A stretch of 64,000 nucleotides of DNA from Syntrophorhabdaceae bacterium (GTDB taxonomy: Bacteria > Desulfobacterota > Syntrophorhabdia > Syntrophorhabdales > Syntrophorhabdaceae). Below are positions 57,535 to 64,000 of the stretch, piece after piece (positions within the stretch are counted from its first letter, which is position 1; every line of letters begins with the position of its first letter). The position numbers were made by a program, and so were the translations under genes. The stretch is taken from NCBI GenBank assembly GCA_963665295.1, contig OY762209.1, positions 2,528,001 to 2,592,000 of the forward strand, read 5' to 3'. The notes below the pieces were generated by a model. The model saw only the letters and a list, made by a program, of their open reading frames with translations. It did no database searches and was not told where the DNA came from.

Positions 57535-59463
57535 ATGCCGCGTATAAATACACCCGCTGAATTGGAAGAATTCAGAAAAGACATTCTGTCGAAGAGAGAC
57601 CCGAACAAACCCTGCATCACCCTCTGTTCGGGGTCCGCGTGTAACGCCTCCGGAAGCGGAGAGGTTGCCGTTGCTATTGAAGAGGAGATCGAAAAACAGG
57701 GCCTCGCCGGTCAGGTGGACATTAGAAGGACCGGTTGCCACGGCTTCTGCGAGAGGGGTCCCATCGTGGTCATCCACCCCGAGGAGATATGTTACTTCAA
57801 CATAGAAGCCAAGGACATCCCCGAGATCATCTCCGAGACCATAAAAGAGAAGAAGGTGGTGGAGAGGCTGCTCTATATCGATCCCGTCACCAACGAGAAG
57901 ATCATCCACGAGTCGGATATCCCCTTCTACAAGTACCAGGAGAGGATCGTCTTCGGCTCCAACAGCAGCATCGACCCCAAGAGCATCGAGGACTACCTCG
58001 CCATCGGCGGGTATGCAGCCCTCGCCAAGTCCCTGACAGGGATGAGCTCCGACGAGGTCTTAAGTGAAGTCAAAAAGGCGAACCTCCGCGGACGTGGAGG
58101 CGGCGGCTTCCCCGCAGGCGTCAAGTGGGAAGGGTCCCGCAATGCCCCGGGGGATATCAAGTACGTCATCGTCAATGCCGATGAAGGCGACCCCGGCGCC
58201 TATATGGACAGGAGCTTGCTCGAAGGGAACCCCCATGCGGTCCTCGAAGGACTCACCATAGGGGCCTACGCAGTAGGCGCCCATGAAGGCTACATCTATG
58301 TCCGTCAGGAATACCCCCTTGCCGTGGAGAACGTCTTTACCGCCATTAAACAGGCGGAGGACCTGGGCCTCCTCGGGAAGAACATCCTTGGCTCCGGCTT
58401 TGACTTCGTGGTCAAGGTCCACCAGGGAGCAGGCGCTTTTGTCTGCGGTGAATCGACCGCCCTCATGACCGCCCTCGAAGGCCGGGCCGGCGAGCCGAGG
58501 CCCAAGTACATCCGCTCCAACGTGGTAGGTCTCTGGGGCAGGCCGAGCGTGCTCAACAATGTGGAAACCTGGGCCAATGTGCCCCTTATCATCAATAAAG
58601 GCGCCGACTGGTTCACCAAGATCGGCACCGAGAGCAGCAAGGGCACGAAGATCTTCTCCCTCGTGGGCAAGATCACCAACACGGGCCTCGTGGAAGTGCC
58701 CATGGGAACGCCGCTACGCGACATCATCTTCAAGATAGGCGGCGGCATCCCCGGAGGCAAGAAGTTCAAGGCGGTCCAGACCGGCGGGCCTTCCGGAGGG
58801 TGTATCCCCGAGGAGATGCTCGATCTGCCCGTGGGTTTTGACGAACTCACGAAGGCGGGCTCCATGATGGGCTCGGGCGGTATGATCGTCATGGACGAAG
58901 ATACATGCATGGTCGATGTGGCGAGGTACTTCCTCGACTTCCTCACCGACGAGTCCTGCGGCAAGTGCGTCCCCTGCCGTGAAGGCATGAGACAGATGCT
59001 GAAGCTCTTGACCGACATTACCGAGGGCAAGGGAAAAGAGGGAGACATCGAGCTTCTCGAACAGTTATCCGAAACCGCCATAGAAGCGGCGCTCTGCGCC
59101 CTGGGCAAAAGCTCGCCCAACCCCTTCTTAAGCACCTTGAAGTACTTCAGGGACGAGTACGAGGCGCATGTGAAAGAGAAGAGGTGCCCCGCCCTCTCCT
59201 GTAAAGAGCTGATCGCGTACTACATCGACCCGGCCAAGTGCCAGGCCTGTATGACGTGCCTTAAGAAATGCCCTGCCAATGCGATTGTGGGCGGCAAAAA
59301 CCAGATCCATGTGGTTGACCAGGAGAAATGCACGAAGTGTGGAACCTGCTTTGAGGTCTGCCCCCCGCGCTTCCGTTCGGTGACGAAGATCTCCGGCGAG
59401 CCTGTTCCGCCTCCTCTCCCTATGGAAGAAAGAACGATAATCAGAAAGGGCAAAGAAAAATGA
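57535..59463 (+). CDS. NuoF/HydB-like FMN/NAD-binding subunit (BamH-like)
   Basis: LRGRGGGGFP, NADEGDPGA, GAGAFVCGE, GGPSGG and ESCGKCVPCREG; N-terminal thioredoxin-like 2Fe-2S and C-terminal 2x[4Fe-4S]. Confidence 0.92.
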   Translation: MPRINTPAELEEFRKDILSKRDPNKPCITLCSGSACNASGSGEVAVAIEEEIEKQGLAGQVDIRRTGCHGFCERGPIVVIHPEEICYFNIEAKDIPEIISETIKEKKVVERLLYIDPVTNEKIIHESDIPFYKYQERIVFGSNSSIDPKSIEDYLAIGGYAALAKSLTGMSSDEVLSEVKKANLRGRGGGGFPAGVKWEGSRNAPGDIKYVIVNADEGDPGAYMDRSLLEGNPHAVLEGLTIGAYAVGAHEGYIYVRQEYPLAVENVFTAIKQAEDLGLLGKNILGSGFDFVVKVHQGAGAFVCGESTALMTALEGRAGEPRPKYIRSNVVGLWGRPSVLNNVETWANVPLIINKGADWFTKIGTESSKGTKIFSLVGKITNTGLVEVPMGTPLRDIIFKIGGGIPGGKKFKAVQTGGPSGGCIPEEMLDLPVGFDELTKAGSMMGSGGMIVMDEDTCMVDVARYFLDFLTDESCGKCVPCREGMRQMLKLLTDITEGKGKEGDIELLEQLSETAIEAALCALGKSSPNPFLSTLKYFRDEYEAHVKEKRCPALSCKELIAYYIDPAKCQACMTCLKKCPANAIVGGKNQIHVVDQEKCTKCGTCFEVCPPRFRSVTKISGEPVPPPLPMEERTIIRKGKEK

Positions 59464-60050
59464 TAAACTTACAGATCGACGGGAAAGAAATATCTGCCCC
59501 GGAGGGGATGACCCTCCTCGAGGCAGCGGAGAAAGAAGGGATCAAGATCCCGACCCTTTGTTACCATAAGGAATTGGAACCCTTCGGGGGATGCCGGCTC
59601 TGCACGGTGGAGGTGGAAAGCCGGGGCTCCTCCCGGCTGGTCGTCTCCTGTGTCTATCCGGTGGAGAAGAACCTCATAGTCCGTACCCGCTCGGAGAAGG
59701 TGGACAGGATACGCAAGATGATCCTCCAGCTCCTCCTTGCCCATGCGCCCGATGCCTTTGACCTTAAGGACCTTGCGGAAGAGTACGGGGCGGACAGGAA
59801 CTGCTTTGAGAAGGAACCTTCCTTCTGCATCCACTGCGGCCTCTGCGTACGGTACTGTGCCGAGGTGAAGAAGAAGAACGCCATCGGCTTCGTGGACAGG
59901 GGTATACGGAAGGAGATAAGCTTTATTCCGGAGATCGCGGCAAAGGAGTGCTGGAACTGCAAGGAATGCTTCCCTCTGTGTCCCACGGAAGCGCTCCAGG
60001 CGGCCTACGTGCTCACCAGGGCCCTCGCCTTCCCGGAAGTGAAGGAGTAG
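59460..60050 (+). CDS. NuoG-N-terminal-like FeS protein (BamI-like)
   Basis: IPTLC...GGCRLC.VE...SC, CIHCGLCVRYC and CWNCKECFPLCP. Confidence 0.88.
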   Translation: MINLQIDGKEISAPEGMTLLEAAEKEGIKIPTLCYHKELEPFGGCRLCTVEVESRGSSRLVVSCVYPVEKNLIVRTRSEKVDRIRKMILQLLLAHAPDAFDLKDLAEEYGADRNCFEKEPSFCIHCGLCVRYCAEVKKKNAIGFVDRGIRKEISFIPEIAAKECWNCKECFPLCPTEALQAAYVLTRALAFPEVKE

Positions 60051-60065
60051 GAAGAATAGGTTGTT

Positions 60066-60104
60066 CTTCGCACTTCCGGCCGAAAAAGGGGCGGAAGTGC
60101 GAAG
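60066..60104. terminator. Hairpin between convergent operons
   Basis: 13-bp perfect stem CTTCGCACTTCCG / CGGAAGTGCGAAG. Confidence 0.6.
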
Positions 60105-60116
60105 TCCCCATGTTGA

Positions 60117-60623
60117 TTAGACCGCTTCCGAGAATTCTCCCTCTTCCGCCTCTTTTGTGGTTTCCAACTCTTTCACTGAAAATACCTTGTTAATGTCGAG
60201 GATAATGACGAACCGGTCGTCCCTTTTCCCGAGGCCCCTGATGAAAGCGGCCTCCAGGCCCGTGCCGATCCTCGGAGCAGGCTCTATCTGATCCGGCTCC
60301 AGTTCGAAGACCTCCTGCACGGAGTCGACGAGGGCGCCAAGGGCGGTGGTTTCCCCGTGCAGATCGACTTCCACTACCACGATGCATGTGTTGACTGTTT
60401 TTTCCGTGGCAGAGAGGTTGAACTTTACCCGCATGTCCATGACGGGTACCACGCCTCCTCTCAGGTTGATGACTCCCCGCATGAATTCAGGGGTGCGAGG
60501 CACCCTGGTGAGGCTCGTGAATTCGAGGATTTCCCTTACGTGGGCCACGTCTATGGCGAAGGACTCCTCTCCCAGGTTGAAGGCCAGGTACTGTCTTGTG
60601 GTGGTAATTTCCTGAACGCTCAT
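60117..60623 (-). CDS. cheW: Chemotaxis coupling protein CheW (start re-called at MSVQE)
   Basis: QYLAF.LG.E.FAI, VREI, VP.TP.F.RGVINLRG.VVPV.D and GALVDSV.EV; AAGGAGG RBS. Confidence 0.92.
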   Translation of the reverse strand: MSVQEITTTRQYLAFNLGEESFAIDVAHVREILEFTSLTRVPRTPEFMRGVINLRGGVVPVMDMRVKFNLSATEKTVNTCIVVVEVDLHGETTALGALVDSVQEVFELEPDQIEPAPRIGTGLEAAFIRGLGKRDDRFVIILDINKVFSVKELETTKEAEEGEFSEAV

Positions 60624-60639
60624 GGCATACCCTCCTTTA

Positions 60640-63090
60640 TTAGAACCTCTCGAACTCATCGTCCAGGGAGTCGTTCGCACTGTCGAGCTTGAGGGTAACG
60701 CCGCGGGCCTTTGTTCCATTGCCGTCTCTGTGGGCGGTCATAACGGGTTTGCCGACCGGGATGGAGACTGCGGGCCTGGGCGTCAATCTGGCGGAAAAGG
60801 CCGCTCTCTCGTCTCCCGCCTTAAAGAAGGAGATTGTATCCTGCAGTTGGGCCGCCTGACTTGCAAGTTCCTCCGCGGTGGAGGCGATCTGTTCGGTCCC
60901 CGAGGCGTTTTGCTGGATTACCTGATCGAGTTGCTGGATGGCCTTGTTGATCTGCTCCGCGCCGGTGTTCTGCTCGTTGCTTGCGGCGCTGATCTCCTGG
61001 ACGAGTTCCGCGGTCTTCTGTATGTCGGGAACGATCCTGGTGAGCATCTCGCCCGCCTTCTCCGCCACCTCCACACTCCGTGACGAGAGGGTGCTTATCT
61101 CGCCCGCCGCGTGCTGGCTTCTCTCCGCGAGCTTCCTTACTTCCGTGGCGACTACCGCGAACCCCTTCCCGTGCTCGCCGGCCCGGGCTGCTTCAATGGC
61201 GGCGTTCAAGGCAAGAAGGTTCGTCTGACGGGCTATTTCTTCGATGATGGAGATCTTGCTCGCAATCTCTTTCATGGCGCCCACTGTCTCGATCACCGCC
61301 TTTCCGCCCCCTTCCGCATCCTGGGCGGACTTGAGGGCGATCCTCTCCGTCTGCTGCGCATTGTCCGCGTTCTGCCGTATGTTGGAGACCATCTGCTCCA
61401 TGGAGGACGAGACCTCTTCCGCGGAGGCCGCCTGTTCCGTTGCCCCCTGGGACATCTGCTGGGCGCTCGCGGAGGTCTGGGCGCTCCCCGAGGCCACATT
61501 GTCCGCGGCGATCTTCACATCGTGGACCACTTCAGTGAGCTTCTTCACCATGGAGGCGAGGCTCCTCATGAGTTCGTCCTGACCGGAACGCTCCTTCACC
61601 TCCACCCTGAGGTTTCCGTCCGCGATATCACGGGCGAGGCGCGTCACGTCGTTCATGGAGTCTATGAGCATATTGAGGTTGTTTTTGATCTCGTTGAAAT
61701 CCCCGTTGTACGTATCGGTTATCCTGCCGGGGATGTCGCCCTTGGAAATGCGGTCGATATAGAGGGCCGTCACCTTGATGGGCTTCACAAGCGCTTCTAT
61801 GAGGTCGTTGACGCCCTTCAGGAGTTCGGCCCAATCGCCTGAAAAGGCGCTCACCTTGCCCCTGGTGTCGAGCTTGCCGTCCAGGGTGGCCCAGATCAGG
61901 GATTTCGTCTCTTCCATGATATTGAGGAGGTTGTTCCGCAGGAGATCCACTTTTTCGTTGGCAATCACCTGTTTGCCCGGCAGCTTTTCGAGGATATGGG
62001 AAAAGTCGCCTTCCGCGTAGGAACTTATGGCCCCGAGGATTTTCAGAACGTTGGTTACATGGATCTGAACGGCGTCGTTCATACCCGTCGCCACCTGCCG
62101 GTACGCGCCCGAGAACCGGTCGGCCTGAATGAAGTATTCTATATCCCCTGCCTTTTGCTGTGTGTTCATCTTATCCATTTCACCTATCACGTCTTTCAGG
62201 ACAGTGACCATGGTATTCAGGTTTTTGCCGAGGAGGTCGTTTTCCGACCGTATGGATATCTCCACGTCAAGGTCGCCCCTCGCGACCTTTTCGGCCGCCC
62301 TGGCCGATGAGTGGATATTCTCCACCATGCCCATGAAGGACTGGGACAGGACGCCGATCTCGTCCTTTGCCCCGGTCTCGACCTTGACGTTCACATCTCC
62401 CAGGGCCAGTCTGTTCGTGGCTTCCACGAGTTCCTGGAGGGGACGCCTGATCGAGCGGGTCAGGAGAAGGGCAATAACCACACCGACGACGAGGGCAAGA
62501 GCAGCGATGAGGAGAAGCAGGTTGCGCGCGTTGGCATAGGCGCTTACCGCCTCCCGGTAACGGGCGCCGTTGGCTTCTTCCTCATATTTATTAAGGTCCA
62601 GCGCGGCCTCCCGGACCTTGTTGCCCATGGGCCGCGCTTCGTTTGTATACACGGAGAGGGCCTCCGCCATCTTGTTCGCCAAACTCAGTTCCATCATCCT
62701 GCTGTTCGAGGTCCTTGCGGATGCGAGGGCCCCTTTGATCTTGTCGATAAGGCCCTTTTCCTTGTCTGAGTCGGCCAGTTTTTCGAGATTATCAAGGCCT
62801 GACTTGTAATCACCCCTTGCCTTGTCGATCTTGGCCTTTACTTCCGATTTCTTCGTGCTGTCCTTTGCTGTGGCCATTTCCGGCATATTCATGATAATGT
62901 CGTCGATGGCGAGGGCGACATTGTTGGTCTGCCGTATGCGCTCGTTGTTCGAGTTCACGATCCGGTCCAGCTTGCCCCGCATGGTCTGCAGGCCGGCAAT
63001 GCCCATTACGGTCAAGACGATCATTAGAAATACCACGCCGCCGAATCCCATCCCAAGCCTTGTACCGATCTTTGCATCTCTCAGGTTCAT
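60640..63090 (-). CDS. Methyl-accepting chemotaxis protein (4HB sensor, multiple HAMP domains)
   Basis: Two TM segments; [39 protein letters not shown] hairpin; ends DDEFERF. Confidence 0.95.
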   Translation of the reverse strand: MNLRDAKIGTRLGMGFGGVVFLMIVLTVMGIAGLQTMRGKLDRIVNSNNERIRQTNNVALAIDDIIMNMPEMATAKDSTKKSEVKAKIDKARGDYKSGLDNLEKLADSDKEKGLIDKIKGALASARTSNSRMMELSLANKMAEALSVYTNEARPMGNKVREAALDLNKYEEEANGARYREAVSAYANARNLLLLIAALALVVGVVIALLLTRSIRRPLQELVEATNRLALGDVNVKVETGAKDEIGVLSQSFMGMVENIHSSARAAEKVARGDLDVEISIRSENDLLGKNLNTMVTVLKDVIGEMDKMNTQQKAGDIEYFIQADRFSGAYRQVATGMNDAVQIHVTNVLKILGAISSYAEGDFSHILEKLPGKQVIANEKVDLLRNNLLNIMEETKSLIWATLDGKLDTRGKVSAFSGDWAELLKGVNDLIEALVKPIKVTALYIDRISKGDIPGRITDTYNGDFNEIKNNLNMLIDSMNDVTRLARDIADGNLRVEVKERSGQDELMRSLASMVKKLTEVVHDVKIAADNVASGSAQTSASAQQMSQGATEQAASAEEVSSSMEQMVSNIRQNADNAQQTERIALKSAQDAEGGGKAVIETVGAMKEIASKISIIEEIARQTNLLALNAAIEAARAGEHGKGFAVVATEVRKLAERSQHAAGEISTLSSRSVEVAEKAGEMLTRIVPDIQKTAELVQEISAASNEQNTGAEQINKAIQQLDQVIQQNASGTEQIASTAEELASQAAQLQDTISFFKAGDERAAFSARLTPRPAVSIPVGKPVMTAHRDGNGTKARGVTLKLDSANDSLDDEFERF

Positions 63091-63312
63091 TTATGACCTC
63101 CCGTCATCAGTCTTTCGCCCCGAGGAGCGGTTCTATACGGCCCCACGCCCATACACCTGCCAACGGCCCCAATGCGGCCCATCAGGCAAGGGCGGGACTT
63201 ATCCGTCTTGAATCGTATCGGGATTGAAGGGAAATGTATAAAGAGGTAAATGACCGTTTCTGGTGAGGGTAAATTACCTACACATGGGAAAAGAGCGCCG
63301 GTACGGGGTCGA

Positions 63313-63963
63313 TCACTCTATGAGGTTGTTTTCCAGGGCATAGCGGACCAGTTCCGCGTTGGTCTTCATATTCATCTTATCGAGTATCCTCATGCGGTAC
63401 GAATTCACTGTCTTTACGCTAAGGCAGACCTTCTCCGCAATCGCCTTCGGGGCAAGGCCCGACGCAATCATACGCATAACCTGAAGCTCGCGGTCCGAAA
63501 GGGTCTCGTGGGGCGCTTTTTCCGCCAGGGTCCTGTCGATCTTCAAGGCCATCCTTTCCGCAAAGAGAGGGCTCACATATTTTCCCCCTGACGCAATTCT
63601 GGTCACCGCGGTGATCAACTCGGTGGGAGCGCTTTCCTTCGTCAGATAGCCGGAAGCCCCTGCGCGGAATGCCTTCATGGCGTAAAGGTCCTCCTTGTGA
63701 ATGCTCAGGATGAGAATGCCGAACCGATGTTTTTCCCGTCTCAGTTGCTCGAGTATTTCCAGCCCGTTCCTGTCGGGCATGGTAATATCAAGGACGAGGA
63801 CATCACACCCCCCGGTCCGGACAAATTCCATCACTTCCCGGCCGTTGGCCGCCTCTCCCACTACTTCGATCCCGGGGTCTTTCGAGAGTATCTTTTCGAG
63901 TCCGCTCCGTACAACGGGGTGGTCGTCTGCAATCAGCACCCTGATCATGATTTCCTTTTTCAC
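63313..63963 (-). CDS. NarL/FixJ-family response regulator (REC + LuxR HTH)
   Basis: IADDH, LDITMP, GYLTK and LSDRELQV...LSVKTVNSYR..I..K; true start may be ATG 63948. Confidence 0.93.
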   Translation of the reverse strand: MKKEIMIRVLIADDHPVVRSGLEKILSKDPGIEVVGEAANGREVMEFVRTGGCDVLVLDITMPDRNGLEILEQLRREKHRFGILILSIHKEDLYAMKAFRAGASGYLTKESAPTELITAVTRIASGGKYVSPLFAERMALKIDRTLAEKAPHETLSDRELQVMRMIASGLAPKAIAEKVCLSVKTVNSYRMRILDKMNMKTNAELVRYALENNLIE

Positions 63964-64000
63964 TCCTTTCCCTGTTTGTTGTCGCCTGTCAGAGGTATTT

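Overview
GC-rich bacterial window. The Hdr/Mvh/Nuo-like module and the chemotaxis genes suggest an anaerobic Desulfobacterota, possibly Syntrophorhabdus-like; this is inference only. Four parts are visible. (1) 1-8932 is the right arm of a prophage or integrative element: a leftward early operon (CII-like regulator, small tyrosine recombinase, P-loop protein, OB-fold protein), a rightward repressor-nuclease-integrase operon, and a duplicated 3' half of tRNA-Arg(CCG) as the att site. (2) ~9.1-52.3 kb is a ~43-kb locus of exported proteins: seven paralogous SBBP-type beta-propeller/InlB-B/BACON proteins, four S8 subtilases, two DUF1566 proteins (one fused to an apparently dead nucleotide-pyrophosphatase domain), a metallophosphoesterase and a divergent TonB-dependent receptor. 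The locus is built as two diverged arms and shows long identical patches ending at domain boundaries. All three recognisable promoters are overlapped by 24-bp CGTT-N16-AACG (ModE-box-like) palindromes. (3) 53-60 kb is an hdrA-mvhD-nuoE/F/G-like operon (bamEFGHI-like) with no catalytic subunit. (4) 60-64 kb holds cheW, a poly-HAMP MCP and a NarL-family regulator. The best candidate for an undescribed system is part 2: a putatively Mo/W-repressed, recombinationally diversified surface capture-degrade-import locus. All domain calls come from motif recognition by eye, not from database searches.
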